Below are positions 43,990 to 54,338 of a stretch of DNA of 64,000 bases, piece after piece. This stretch comes from Enterococcus phage VRE9_2. Below the pieces are notes generated by a model. The model saw only the letters and a program-made list of their open reading frames with translations, was not told the DNA's origin and did not search any database. The DNA is taken from the sequence record PP680568.1, one strand, 5' to 3'. How positions within the stretch are numbered: position 1 is the first letter of the stretch; every line of letters begins with the position of its first letter. The position numbers and the translations under genes are program-made.

Positions 43990-44230
43990 GGCCGTGCGCG
44001 ACCGGCCAAAAAATAACACCCCATTATGAGAGAATTCTAATTTTCACAAATTAAAATAACGGTTTTGGGATTTTGGATTTTTATTCATGTTATTGAATAT
44101 TAATTCAAGAAGCTGAAAAGCCCGTCATATCAACGTTTTGGGGCGGTGTTATTTTATAAATTAAGTTTTTTCTGTTATTTTATGTTTTTTAGATAACAAG
44201 AGAGTTTTAATTTTTCACAAACTATTATTA
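43990..44230. repeat. Repeat-rich noncoding region: AAAATAACAC / GTGTTATTTT motifs plus GC hairpin GGCCGTGCGCGACCGGCC
   Basis: Multiple copies of ATAACAC and its complement within 250 bp of AT-rich noncoding DNA. Confidence 0.5.
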
Positions 44231-44378
44231 AAAAATAACAAAAACATTATTAGAAATTTCTAATTTTCTAATTTTGAGAAAAAATTGATTTTCAGAAAAT
44301 TTCATGAAAACTTTCAAAAATATTTTCATTTTCATAGATTAAAAAATAGTGAGATTTCTCTCACTATTTTCTTATTTC

Positions 44379-45137
44379 TTAATTTTGAAAACTTGCTTCA
44401 AAATCTTTCATGTTAATTTCAGAAATTTTTTCAGAATGAACTTTCGTAGGGATACGCCAACACATTCTATTAATTTTCCGATTCATTTTTTTGTGTTGTT
44501 TATAACACCATGCCATTATTGCCGTTTCTATATATACATCAGCTAGACCAGTATGTTCTTCTACAAAATCGGTTGTTTTCATCATCCAATTATAGGCTAC
44601 TTCTGCATTAGTTTTCAGATTGCCAGCTTTTGAGTAGTAACCATTTTCAAACGCCCACTTTGGAAAACTTTTTTGTGAAAAAATTGTTTGGCAAGCCATA
44701 TGCCAGATACAATTTATTTCTAAATTTTTTCCTACTTCATAAGGGAAGAAAAATGGATAATTTGTTAATTCTTGCCATGTATTATTTAAGGCTTTAACAA
44801 AATCAAAATAAGCGTTATATGCTGCTACCGTTTTGATATTGTATTTTTCTATAATGTTTAAAATAACTCTTCTTACATATCTAAAAGGCTTCACCTTCAT
44901 AATTCCTTGAGAAATTTTTTCACGATATAAAGGCAATTTTGTATAATAATAAGCGCTACGCATTAAAGCATCATCGTCAAAAATTTCTGAAATTGCGAAC
45001 GAATGTTCTTCATAGATATTGCCTTTTTTGTCAGCTACCACAAAGCCCACATCATAACATAATGGATTTTTTTCAACGTCGCCGGCTGTTTCTACATCTA
45101 ATACTAAAATATATTTTTTTCTTTTGTCAATTTTCAT
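44379..45137 (-). CDS. DnaQ-like 3-prime-5-prime exonuclease (DEDD family)
   Basis: ILVLDVETAGD.. Exo I motif; paralog of 49933..50664. Confidence 0.6.
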   Translation of the reverse strand: MKIDKRKKYILVLDVETAGDVEKNPLCYDVGFVVADKKGNIYEEHSFAISEIFDDDALMRSAYYYTKLPLYREKISQGIMKVKPFRYVRRVILNIIEKYNIKTVAAYNAYFDFVKALNNTWQELTNYPFFFPYEVGKNLEINCIWHMACQTIFSQKSFPKWAFENGYYSKAGNLKTNAEVAYNWMMKTTDFVEEHTGLADVYIETAIMAWCYKQHKKMNRKINRMCWRIPTKVHSEKISEINMKDFEASFQN

Positions 45138-45219
45138 GCTTACTTTTCCACCTTTTTAATAAAATATTTTTTTTGAAAAAATTAAAGGCTAGGTTTTTAC
45201 GCCTAGCCCTAGACGTTTC

Positions 45220-45621
45220 TTAGATAATTTTGTAGCCCACTTTTTTCTTGTCACTTGTTGCAATTCCTTTTTCTAAAATTCCTTGTTCTACTAGACCTTT
45301 TAAGCGTGGGGTCATTTTTTGCGGTGTGTAATCGAACTCTAAAGCTTCATTGACTTCTTGACTTGTGTAAAATGTTTCTGTGTCTGCTTCTTCAAAGAAC
45401 CATTCTTGAATTTTTTGCATATCTGCAATTTTTTCTTTATTGGTCTTGCTTTGGCTAGGTTTGCGGTTAGCGTTACGTTTTTGAGCTTGTTCGCCTTTTT
45501 CTACTACAAAATCAATGACTTCTTGTGGTGCTTTCACGTTTGCCAAGATACGAGCAACTTCTGCAAATTTTTCAGCTACGACTAGTTTTTCAAATTGTGT
45601 TTTTTCCATGATAAATTCCAC
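45220..45621 (-). CDS. Small protein of the six-member paralog family (MEFIMEKTQ.. N-terminus)
   Basis: C-terminal ..TPQKMTPRLKGLVEQGILEKG..KKKVGYKII. Confidence 0.55.
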   Translation of the reverse strand: MEFIMEKTQFEKLVVAEKFAEVARILANVKAPQEVIDFVVEKGEQAQKRNANRKPSQSKTNKEKIADMQKIQEWFFEEADTETFYTSQEVNEALEFDYTPQKMTPRLKGLVEQGILEKGIATSDKKKVGYKII

Positions 45622-45890
45622 CTTTTTAAAATTTTGTTAGTAAGTTGTTCCCTTACTACTCTTTAAGTATAAACGATTTTCAATTATTTTGCAAGTCTTT
45701 TTTTGCTTTATTAGAAAATTCTCATTTAAGCTTAAAGAGTAACAAGTGAACTTCCCTCTTAAGTATACCATACTTTTTTTAACTTTGCAAGTATAAAGTT
45801 TATTTATTTTTCAAAGAACTTTTTGCAATCTCTTTCCTTATCTCTAATACTATTATAATAAATTTGAAAAGAGATTGCAAGTATAAAGTT

Positions 45891-46517
45891 TTAAATAATT
45901 TTATCAATCGTAATTTTTTTGATGAGTGTTTCAAGTGTTTGTTTTGTTGGTTCTACTAATAAGCGATAATCAGCATGTTTAAATAATCCGTAATCGCTCG
46001 CAGTATCTCCCCAAGCCTCTATATAACTATATTCATTTGTATTTATATTCCACTGAATGCAGTCATCTTTTTGTGATTCTGAAAACATACCGTTAACCTT
46101 TCCAGTGAAACAATCGTCAGCTTTTAAATATTCTGTCGCATGATATGAACAACCTAAAAAGTTAGCTAAATGCTTAATTAGAAAATCGCTTGAGCCTGTA
46201 ACAAGAACAACTTCAAAGCCTTGTAAAATTTTTTCTTTTAAATCGTTTAAAGTTTCATACCAATTTTTTTCATCTTTCAAAAATTGAGAAACAAACTCTT
46301 TTGCGTGCATTTCTTTTTCTGTTTTTCCTGTTATCTCGTTACGATAGTTTTCAGCAACGGCAACAATCAAACTTTCATTCTTAACATCTTTTTTCCATGC
46401 CTTATAAGAACCGTCATCTTTGATAATTCCTTTTTCAATTAAAAAACCCGCATGAGATAAAACAACGCTCTTTCTTGTAAGTGTTCCGTCTACATCTGTT
46501 AAAATTAAATTTTTCAT
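45891..46517 (-). CDS. HAD-superfamily hydrolase (phosphatase, possibly nucleotidase)
   Basis: N-terminal LILTDVDGTLT (DxDGT motif I). Confidence 0.6.
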   Translation of the reverse strand: MKNLILTDVDGTLTRKSVVLSHAGFLIEKGIIKDDGSYKAWKKDVKNESLIVAVAENYRNEITGKTEKEMHAKEFVSQFLKDEKNWYETLNDLKEKILQGFEVVLVTGSSDFLIKHLANFLGCSYHATEYLKADDCFTGKVNGMFSESQKDDCIQWNINTNEYSYIEAWGDTASDYGLFKHADYRLLVEPTKQTLETLIKKITIDKII

Positions 46518-46619
46518 TTCTTTTATCCTCCCTTTATCTTATATACTTATTATAGGGGATAAACGATAAAAAGTAAAGCATTTTACACATTAAAATTATT
46601 AAAGTTTAATGAGAATTGT

Positions 46620-47310
46620 TTCTAATTTACACACAATTCGCCAGGCGTTATTTTATAATTAAATAACAGCTTTTCTTTGAACACATGTTATTTTATAAAC
46701 TTGTAAGCGCTTACAAACTGCGTCAGATCAAGCTTTCAATAGATTTTCAGAAATTTTCATTGTTGTTTCAATAACAAGCAAAAATTACATGTGAAATAAT
46801 TCACAAACATAAAATAACACCCAAGAGGAGAAAAAATAACACACTTTGACTTGTGCGCACATTCACATTCTCTTGCTCTCTTGGAATGAAAAGGCTGTGA
46901 AAGCTTGGTATAATAGGCTTTCTGATTGTGAAAAAATTCACATGCACGGACTTTTGGGATATTAAAATAACATTAAAAAACAATTAAATAACAAGCCAAA
47001 AACTTGACAGGGATAAAATAACACAGTAAAATGGCGCTCGCCAGCGAGCGGCCGAAAAATAACGTCCTCTATTTGTTATTTTATTCATTTCACAAACTTT
47101 AGTTTCAGGATTCTGTTATTTTATTTTTGAAAATCAGTTTTCAATTTATGAAAATGAAAATGAAAGCTTGATACATCAAGGTTTTGGGAACCTCGCCCCG
47201 CAATGTTATTTTATCTTCTTCCTTTTGGACTGTTATTTTATTTTATACATTTCACAAACTTCACTTTTAAAATAACACGTATTTCTTTGTGAAATTTTTC
47301 ACAAGTAAAA
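46620..47310. repeat. Noncoding repeat region: more than 12 copies of (A)AAATAACA(C)/GTTATTTTAT, one TGTAAGCGCTTACA palindrome (46702-46715), GC hairpin CGCTCGCCAGCGAGCG (47033-47048)
   Basis: Direct reading; no ORF above 60 aa except spurious 46801..46983. Confidence 0.55.
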
Positions 47311-47570
47311 TTAAAAAAAGATGAGAAAAATCTCATCTTTTATTTTTATGATAATCACTAAATTTTTTTAGCTCTGCTGTGTTAATAATATATTCATTAC
47401 ATAAATCTAATAGAAAATCTTCAAAACTTTCTTTTTCATTTCCTCTTGTCTCCCAAAGTCTTTCTAATCTTTTATACATCTTTTTATTACTTAAAATAAT
47501 CATTTAAATTCATTTCCTTTCCTTTACTATATATAGTATAACATGAAAATTTTTTCGTGTCAACTATTAT

Positions 47571-47822
47571 TTAAAAAATATTTTCTAGGTCATAATCAAC
47601 GCTATATTCAAAATCTGAATAGTCATTGATAACATCAACAAATTCAAAAAATTCAAATACCATTTTTTCAGCTGATTCAGAATCTAAATATCCATTCATT
47701 ATTTCATCAGTCATTTTTAATACTTTTTCAATTTTCCTAAGTACTTCCATAAGTTTCACTTTGTCGTATGTTTCAATCAGAAAATTTTGTCCTGTAGGCA
47801 TTTTTATAATTACATTTTCCAT
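47571..47822 (-). CDS. Small acidic protein (host-takeover-like array)
   Basis: 83 aa; own TTGACA-N17-TATAAT promoter upstream on minus strand. Confidence 0.5.
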   Translation of the reverse strand: MENVIIKMPTGQNFLIETYDKVKLMEVLRKIEKVLKMTDEIMNGYLDSESAEKMVFEFFEFVDVINDYSDFEYSVDYDLENIF

Positions 47823-47879
47823 TTAATTCATTCCTTCCTTAACTTTCTATAATTATTATATCAAGGAAAGGGCTGTTTG

Positions 47880-48182
47880 TCAACCCTTTTCCTCAATTTC
47901 TTTGATAATTCTTTTTTCATCTTCTGGTAACATTTGAATAACAGTTTTTACTACTATAGTTTTATCTGTTTCATTACAAACATATAAACGAGAACCAAAA
48001 ACCCACAATTTAAATTCATTCTCTTCATTTTTTGGCGTTTTCTTCCTTACGTTTTTAATTTGAAAATCATTAAGAATTGCCGAACGAACTTGTCTATTAT
48101 TCATTTGTTCTTTAGCTACTCTTTCTAAATAACGCTCTTTAGCGTGTTGTGTGATAATAACTTTTTTGGTGAATAAAAGCAT
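47880..48182 (-). CDS. Small protein (array member)
   Basis: 100 aa; promoter AAGGGTTGACT..N17..TATAAT at 48190-48245 (minus). Confidence 0.5.
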   Translation of the reverse strand: MLLFTKKVIITQHAKERYLERVAKEQMNNRQVRSAILNDFQIKNVRKKTPKNEENEFKLWVFGSRLYVCNETDKTIVVKTVIQMLPEDEKRIIKEIEEKG

Positions 48183-48240
48183 TTGTTACAACTCCTCTCT
48201 ATATTTTTATTATATATTATAAGGGTTGAAAAGTCAACCC

Positions 48241-48621
48241 TTAACTCTCAAAAAACTTTTTAGTAATTTTTTCTTTTACATTAATTTTTTCAATATTTTC
48301 TTTTGCTACGAAATCAGTTACATCGATACTATGGATTCTATGCTTATCATTGTCACTAATAAAATTATTCGACCCAAAAAGGTTATATATTTCTATTAAT
48401 TCATGGGCTTCTTTATCCTCAAAAAATTCAACTAGTCTATAGTCATATTCATTTTGAATTTTTCGTTTTCTTTTTGCGACTAAAGAACCTTTATAGTATA
48501 ATTTAATAGTCATATTATTAGTTAATAAGTTAAACTTTCCAGTATAAATGCAAGGTTCATCTACCCCAATTAGTTTTACTTTCTTTTCTTCAAATGTTTT
48601 AAAAATTTGCATTTCATTCAC
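48241..48621 (-). CDS. Small protein (array member)
   Basis: 126 aa. Confidence 0.5.
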   Translation of the reverse strand: MNEMQIFKTFEEKKVKLIGVDEPCIYTGKFNLLTNNMTIKLYYKGSLVAKRKRKIQNEYDYRLVEFFEDKEAHELIEIYNLFGSNNFISDNDKHRIHSIDVTDFVAKENIEKINVKEKITKKFFES

Positions 48622-48666
48622 TCCTTATTCTTTATACTATTATTATAACAGTTGGTAAAGGGTTTG

Positions 48667-49116
48667 TCAACCCTTTACCTTATATTTTTTAGGACTTCCT
48701 CCTAAGTCTTCTAAGTATCCTTTTTCTTTCATCTTTTTCAATCTGCTAGGTGTCTGGCGGTTTGTGTATTTGTCAGCTACCAGTAAATGAAAATCTTTAT
48801 TTTGAAAATACTCTTTACCACTAAAAGCAATTTTTACTACATTATTAAATAAGTTGTTAATTTCATCATCTGTAATTTTTGCCTTTGCATTTTTGGCTTT
48901 CTTGATTTCTTTTTGTTCTTTTTCAAAATCTGTTTTCTTGTCACTTTCAAACTTATCAAACTCTCGTAGCTCGATAGCTTCAGCAAGATTCAACTCTAAT
49001 TTTTCAACCATTTCATCAATTAGTTTCCAATCGTGAGAAGTAATCTTTTCGCCGTTAGAAAATGTTTCTTGCATATAACACCATTCCTTTCCTTTACTAT
49101 ATATATAGTATAACAT
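48667..49116 (-). CDS. Small protein of the six-member paralog family (C-terminus NRQTPSRLKKMKEKGYLEDLGGSPKKYKVKG)
   Basis: 149 aa; C-terminal 35 aa nearly identical to 7021..7389. Confidence 0.55.
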   Translation of the reverse strand: MLYYIYSKGKEWCYMQETFSNGEKITSHDWKLIDEMVEKLELNLAEAIELREFDKFESDKKTDFEKEQKEIKKAKNAKAKITDDEINNLFNNVVKIAFSGKEYFQNKDFHLLVADKYTNRQTPSRLKKMKEKGYLEDLGGSPKKYKVKG

Positions 49117-49144
49117 GTAAGTAAAAGGGAGTCAACCCTTTTAC

Positions 49145-49402
49145 TTAATTTTCTTTATTAAATTTTTCTAATCGTTTTAATAAAATTTTTCCATTTATTT
49201 TGGCTACTAATTTACCAATTAAACCGTTTGACATAGATAAATTTTTAAACCTTAAATGATAAAAATCACTTTTATTTTCTCCTTTCCTAAATTCATAAAC
49301 TAGCTTATCATTGAATATTTGATGATGAATAAAAATCTTTATTTCTGGGAAACTTTCAATAATATAATAATCTCCACCATTTACAAAAATATCTGTTTGC
49401 AT
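49145..49402 (-). CDS. Small protein (array member)
   Basis: 85 aa. Confidence 0.45.
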   Translation of the reverse strand: MQTDIFVNGGDYYIIESFPEIKIFIHHQIFNDKLVYEFRKGENKSDFYHLRFKNLSMSNGLIGKLVAKINGKILLKRLEKFNKEN

Positions 49403-49632
49403 TTAAATTCATTCCTTTCTTAACTTTCTATAATAAGTATAACAGATAAAACTAAAAAAATCAAATAATAAATACATGAGTTTTAGGATATTTTTTCTCA
49501 TTAAACTTTTAGAAAAAATTTTGATTTTTTTCTTGACATAGACCTAATTTTGTGGTAAAATTTCCGCCCGAAAACGGCAAATTTGTTCACTATTTCACAA
49601 GCCTTCAATATAAAAAAGATAGCCTTTTTAGG

Positions 49633-49881
49633 CTATCCCAAAATATGATCGTATAAGATATATAAGCTACCCCAACTATAAAGATAAAGAAAAATCAAAC
49701 TAATTACATTTTTAAAAGTGAAAACAAACCCAATAGAGAAAGAATAGATTGTAACAATTATTGGTGTAAAAATAAAAAATAATACTAGCAATATGACTGC
49801 AAGACCAACGAGCGCCACTATAATTTTTTCTTTCTTCTCTTGGGCTTTTCTTTTTCTTTTGTAACTTCTTGTTATTAGCAT
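49633..49881 (-). CDS. Small membrane protein (array member)
   Basis: 82 aa, hydrophobic core. Confidence 0.45.
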   Translation of the reverse strand: MLITRSYKRKRKAQEKKEKIIVALVGLAVILLVLFFIFTPIIVTIYSFSIGFVFTFKNVISLIFLYLYSWGSLYILYDHILG

Positions 49882-49932
49882 ATAATATCATTCCTTTCTA
49901 TAGTTATATTATAGCAAAGAAAAAGAGTTGTG

Positions 49933-50664
49933 TCAACTCTTTTTCTTATTTAAATTTTCTTCATTCACAATCCGCCACGCTTGAGGGTTAATAGAATAAG
50001 CATGGATAGGAATTTCTTTTTCTTGGTTCAATAGAGAATGTAAAATTTTTGTTTCGTCTATGCTATCTTGCAAAGCAGTATGCTCTTCAATGTAATTTGT
50101 ATCATTAAACAAAAATTTATAGGTTGCTTCTGCGCCGGTTTGATAGTTCCCTTTTTCTGTTAAAAGATTGTGAGTTTTTGCAAACTCTTTATATTCTGGT
50201 GTATTTAATACAGTATAAGCGGCTACGGGATAAATATCAATTAAAAAGAAATTATCAAAGAAATCAAAATCTTTTCCCGAAAAGAAGAAATGAGTTTTTG
50301 CAATTACACGAGTATCAAAGCCCAAGTTATAGGCGCCAACGTAAGCAACGTTATATTTTTTACAATCTTTTTTAAGTTGCCCGATAATGTTTGCCCACTT
50401 GCTAACAATAATTCTTTTTTCAAGTAATTTTGTAAAATATACTTTTCCATCAACTACATTTTCATCAATCAAGAAAGCACGTTTTTTATTCAATGCTTGA
50501 AATTTAAATTGTTCTACCATATAAGAACGTTCTACTAAAATATTGCCTTGTTTATCTGAAATAGCCCAACCAATATCGAAAACTGATTGATAAGGCATTC
50601 CCTCGCCCTCTTTTGTCGTTTCAGTATCTAAAATCAAAAATGTTTCTTGCATGTAATTTTCCAC
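49933..50664 (-). CDS. DnaQ-like 3-prime-5-prime exonuclease, paralog of 44379..45137
   Basis: FLILDTETTKEG.. Exo I motif; ..EEHTALQD.. Exo III-like. Confidence 0.6.
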   Translation of the reverse strand: MENYMQETFLILDTETTKEGEGMPYQSVFDIGWAISDKQGNILVERSYMVEQFKFQALNKKRAFLIDENVVDGKVYFTKLLEKRIIVSKWANIIGQLKKDCKKYNVAYVGAYNLGFDTRVIAKTHFFFSGKDFDFFDNFFLIDIYPVAAYTVLNTPEYKEFAKTHNLLTEKGNYQTGAEATYKFLFNDTNYIEEHTALQDSIDETKILHSLLNQEKEIPIHAYSINPQAWRIVNEENLNKKKS

Positions 50665-50745
50665 CTTTTCAATAAATTTATTTGTTCCTTAACTACTATT
50701 TAAGTATAACAAAAGGGCTTGAGCTTGTCAAGCCCTTTTACTAAC

Positions 50746-51192
50746 TTATTTCAATTTGTAAGCTACTTTTTTATCCTTTACAACTTTTTCAAATTCTTCA
50801 TTGTCTACTAATGGTTTCATGATTGCCGTTAATTTTTGAGGTGTAGCGCCAACAAGCCCAATCAATTCAGCAATTTCATTCAGTGTTAAGGCTGTTTCTG
50901 GTTCTAAGTCAAGAAATGCTTTTCGTACTTTATCCATGTTTTCAGCTTTTTCTTTTGCTGTTTTGCTTACGCCTTTTTTGCCACGTTTTGCCTTGTCTTG
51001 TTTTACTTGTTGCATGTGCATAGCTTCCAATTTTTCAGTTAATTCTTCTGGTTGAAATTCTACTACAGATTTCATTTTATCTGTAATATTAGTTGGCACT
51101 TCAATTGCTAGGTCTTTCCATGCTTGTGCTAAAATAGTTGCGACTTCCAATGCTTGTGCTTTTGTAATTTGTTTTTCCATGATAAATTCCAC
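50746..51192 (-). CDS. Small protein of the six-member paralog family (MEFIMEKQI..)
   Basis: C-terminal ..ATPQKLTAIMKPLVDNEEFEKVVKDKKVAYKLK. Confidence 0.55.
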   Translation of the reverse strand: MEFIMEKQITKAQALEVATILAQAWKDLAIEVPTNITDKMKSVVEFQPEELTEKLEAMHMQQVKQDKAKRGKKGVSKTAKEKAENMDKVRKAFLDLEPETALTLNEIAELIGLVGATPQKLTAIMKPLVDNEEFEKVVKDKKVAYKLK

Positions 51193-51343
51193 CTTTTTAA
51201 AATATTTTTTTGTAACAATTTCTTATTACATTCTTAGTATAAAACATTTTGATTTGTTTGTCAAGTGTTTTATACTAATTTCTAACAAGAAATTTTTTAT
51301 TGCTTTCTTTATACTCTTATTATAGAGTATTGAGAAAGGCTTG

Positions 51344-51547
51344 TCAAGCCTTTTCCCAATTTTCTTTTAAGAAAGTAACAACGCTATAACTTGTAATAGT
51401 TGTTAAAGCAATAAGCAACAAGCTTTGAATAGAGAAGAAACCAGTGTACAAAATAGCTTGATAAGTGAAGTAGAACGGTACTAAAATACCTCCTGCAATT
51501 AAAATTCCTACAAAAACGATTAATAATACTAATTCTGATAATTTCAT
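51344..51547 (-). CDS. Small membrane protein
   Basis: 67 aa two TM. Confidence 0.4.
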   Translation of the reverse strand: MKLSELVLLIVFVGILIAGGILVPFYFTYQAILYTGFFSIQSLLLIALTTITSYSVVTFLKENWEKA

Positions 51548-51616
51548 TTTAAAACTTCCTTTCCTTTTCTATATATTAAGTATATCATTGTTAAAATGGT
51601 TTGTCAATACTTTTGG

Positions 51617-51775
51617 CTAAATAATTTCAAATTTTCTATTTTTATATTCTTCTTTGAAATCTTGGATAGCTTGCTCATAAGTATCAGCTTCAACTAAAAT
51701 TTCTTCAATTTTAGGATAACCACTATCCAAACTAATTTCATCTAAGAATTTAACAAGTAAAATATATTTATTCAT
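51617..51775 (-). CDS. Small ORF (52 aa), not in track
   Basis: MNKYILLVKFLDEISLDSGYPKIEEILVEADTYEQAIQDFKEEYKNRKFEII; preceded on minus strand by TTGACA-N17-TATAAT. Confidence 0.35.
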   Translation of the reverse strand: MNKYILLVKFLDEISLDSGYPKIEEILVEADTYEQAIQDFKEEYKNRKFEII

Positions 51776-51792
51776 TTCTTTCATTCCTTTCC

Positions 51793-51933
51793 TTATCTTG
51801 ATTCTATTATAACACGACTTAATTCATCTGTCAACACTTTTATCATTTTATCTGCTTTTTCTTTTCGGTCAATTTCTTTTTCTCTTTGGTTCTTTCTAGC
51901 AATCAATTTCAATCTTAAATATTTGTTTTTCAT
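51793..51933 (-). CDS. Small basic ORF (46 aa), not in track
   Basis: MKNKYLRLKLIARKNQREKEIDRKEKADKMIKVLTDELSRVIIESR. Confidence 0.3.
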   Translation of the reverse strand: MKNKYLRLKLIARKNQREKEIDRKEKADKMIKVLTDELSRVIIESR

Positions 51934-51948
51934 TTTAATCATTCCTTT

Positions 51949-52149
51949 CTATAATTCTATATTAACAGAGTTTAAAGCTTCTGTCAAGCATTTTATTAAA
52001 TTTTTTGCATTTTCTGGTGTCAGATAAACTTCTGAATAAAAGTCTTTCTTATCATCAGTAACTAAAATAATTCTAGGTACTTCATTAGTTGAAATATTAA
52101 TTTCACAATTATCTACCTCATTAGGTTTAATAGTTTTATCATATTTCAT
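51949..52149 (-). CDS. Small protein (array member)
   Basis: 66 aa. Confidence 0.4.
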   Translation of the reverse strand: MKYDKTIKPNEVDNCEINISTNEVPRIILVTDDKKDFYSEVYLTPENAKNLIKCLTEALNSVNIEL

Positions 52150-52333
52150 TTTTGTTCCCTCCTTAACTTTCTATAATTATTATAGCATAGACCAAGAGGA
52201 AAGACAATAATAAAACACTGTAATTTTAATTAGAATTTTCTCATTTTGTATGAAAGATGAAAGCGCTTTCATTTTATGGTTCCCTCCCTCCTTACAGTTT
52301 CAGTATAACAAAAAAATAAGGGTTTGTCAACCC

Positions 52334-52741
52334 TTATTTTTCTTTTAATTCTACTTTATAAGTTGTATTTTCACCAATCATAAAAAATAAAATCTTTGCT
52401 GTTTTAGGATATTCATATTTTGTAATAGTTACTTTATTTTCTTGCTGATTCTTTTTAAAGCTTAAAATTTGACTTGCTTCAATACTTTTTGTTCCTGTTT
52501 CAGTTGCATAAGTGAAAACTGTTTGGCTGCTATTCATTTTATGAGTTTCTTCTGAAAAATTTCCACTAATAAACGTTTCTTGTGTGGTACTAACTTCAGT
52601 CTGTTTATCACTATATAGCATAAGACCACCAAAGAAAATCAAACCCCCTAATATAAAACTTCCTAAAAACTTAAACCCTGCATAGGTATCAAGTTTCCAA
52701 TCTAACCAACACATAGCAATAAACATAATAATATAAATCAT
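52334..52741 (-). CDS. Membrane-anchored protein (array member)
   Basis: 135 aa, two N-terminal TM segments. Confidence 0.5.
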   Translation of the reverse strand: MIYIIMFIAMCWLDWKLDTYAGFKFLGSFILGGLIFFGGLMLYSDKQTEVSTTQETFISGNFSEETHKMNSSQTVFTYATETGTKSIEASQILSFKKNQQENKVTITKYEYPKTAKILFFMIGENTTYKVELKEK

Positions 52742-52784
52742 TCTTACAACCTTCTTTCTTTATTTATATATTTATTATAACAAG

Positions 52785-52830
52785 TAAAAAAGGGTTTGTC
52801 AACCCTTTTACTTAAATTCATTATATAAAT
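52785..52830 (-). promoter_or_regulatory. Representative array unit: hairpin AAGGGTTTGTCAACCCTT carrying -35 TTGACA on minus strand, then 17-nt spacer and TATAAT
   Basis: Minus-strand reading GGGTTGACAAACCCTTTTTACTTGTTATAAT; equivalent units at about 47861, 48222, 48646, 49124, 49921, 50715, 51330, 51595, 51820, 51965, 52308, 53262, 53740, 54310, 54740. Confidence 0.6.
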
Positions 52831-53233
52831 TTTCTAATTCAATTTCTTTCTTTTTCTGTTTCTCTCTTTCTTCCACATAATAAAACATATCTCTTACAAA
52901 AGGTAAGTCAATCAATCTGAGATTTCCTTTTTTATATTCTGATAACATTAATAGATTTTCTTTTTCTGTTGTTTCATCCCATTTATCTTTATAACTATAT
53001 TTCACAGAATAAATAATTTCTACTTTCTTTTTTCTTGAAAACATTTTTTTCTTTTCTACAAAATTCATTAATGAGATTGTAAAATATTCAGTTCGCCAAT
53101 CTCTAGCAATAAGAACATTTTCAATTATAAGAAATTTATATCCCTCTATCTCTTCATGTAATTCTACTATCGCAGTTTTTTCATCTAATCTCTTGATATA
53201 TTCTTTTTGTTCTACTGTAAGCATTTCATTCAC
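52808..53233 (-). CDS. Small protein (array member)
   Basis: 141 aa. Confidence 0.5.
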   Translation of the reverse strand: MNEMLTVEQKEYIKRLDEKTAIVELHEEIEGYKFLIIENVLIARDWRTEYFTISLMNFVEKKKMFSRKKKVEIIYSVKYSYKDKWDETTEKENLLMLSEYKKGNLRLIDLPFVRDMFYYVEEREKQKKKEIELENLYNEFK

Positions 53234-53285
53234 TCCTTATTCTTTATATTATTATCATAACAGAAAGAGATAATCCTGTCAAGGA

Positions 53286-53612
53286 TTATCTTCTTAAAAT
53301 TTTTGCAACAAACACATCTCGTCTTATTTGTTCGGCTTGCTCAAGATATATTAATTCAAACGAATTTTTATAGATACGATGATTTTTTATATCTAAAGTC
53401 TTTTGTGTTGAGAAAAAAACATCTAAAGCATTTTTTGAAGCTGTTATTATATCATTATCATAGAAACCTTCTTTTAATTGCTCTTTTATATATTCTGCAA
53501 AATCTTTATGAAGCGTTGTAATCAAAAGATGATGATTCATCAAACGTTTTTCAGTTCTTTCAACCTCTTTCTTCATTTCGTTAATTTTTTCTTGCATTTC
53601 TTTTTCTAGCAT
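53286..53612 (-). CDS. Small protein (array member), coiled-coil-like N-terminus
   Basis: 108 aa. Confidence 0.45.
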   Translation of the reverse strand: MLEKEMQEKINEMKKEVERTEKRLMNHHLLITTLHKDFAEYIKEQLKEGFYDNDIITASKNALDVFFSTQKTLDIKNHRIYKNSFELIYLEQAEQIRRDVFVAKILRR

Positions 53613-53781
53613 GTTTAATCACTCCTTATTCTTTATAATATAATTATATCACAGTTATAGGATAAGTCAATAGAAAAGCGCCAAAAAGTTTAAAAATATT
53701 TTTCCAATGAAAGCGCTTACATTTCTTTCCTCTCTTGGTACAATATTATTGTAGCACAAAAAAAGGACTTTTGCAAGTCCT

Positions 53782-54267
53782 TTATACTAATTCTTTTCCG
53801 ATTATACTTCTTTTTAATACGTCAATTTTTTCTTTCATTTCTTCACTATCTAAAAATTTATTCAAGTTTTCTTCATTAAAATTCTTAGATAATTTAAGAG
53901 CCAAAATTTCGCTATCTGTCAATGGATAATTATGATTGTTTATTCTTCCGCCAACTACTGAAAAGCATACCTGTTCATTAGTATCAGAATCAATTAAATA
54001 TATATCTAAAATTGAAACTTGAAGCCATGAAATAGCAGAATCAGCGTTTCTTACAATTTTTTTAGAAACTTCTGGGTTTGCTCGAAACATTATTACATCA
54101 GTAACTCTATTATTTATTGTTGTTACTGTTACTTTTTTATCCATTAGTTTTGGGTCATGGTTATATATTCTTCTTCTGTACCACGCCTCATGAATACTAT
54201 AACCAACCATAAATAATAAAATACCTATTGAGGCAACTAAAATAATACTACAAAAAATTATTTTCAT
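53782..54267 (-). CDS. Membrane-anchored protein (array member)
   Basis: 161 aa, N-terminal TM. Confidence 0.5.
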   Translation of the reverse strand: MKIIFCSIILVASIGILLFMVGYSIHEAWYRRRIYNHDPKLMDKKVTVTTINNRVTDVIMFRANPEVSKKIVRNADSAISWLQVSILDIYLIDSDTNEQVCFSVVGGRINNHNYPLTDSEILALKLSKNFNEENLNKFLDSEEMKEKIDVLKRSIIGKELV

Positions 54268-54338
54268 TTAAAAATCATTCCTTTCTTTTAACTATAATTA
54301 GTATAACATGGTTAGGGGTTGTTGTCAACCCCTAACAC

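Noticed and set aside
43960-44000. GC hairpin GGCCGTGCGCGACCGGCC read as a rho-independent terminator for the leftward exonuclease gene
   Set aside because: On the minus strand the T-run precedes rather than follows the stem, and on the plus strand it is followed by A-rich sequence; the geometry is wrong for an intrinsic terminator, so it is reported only as a repeat-associated hairpin.
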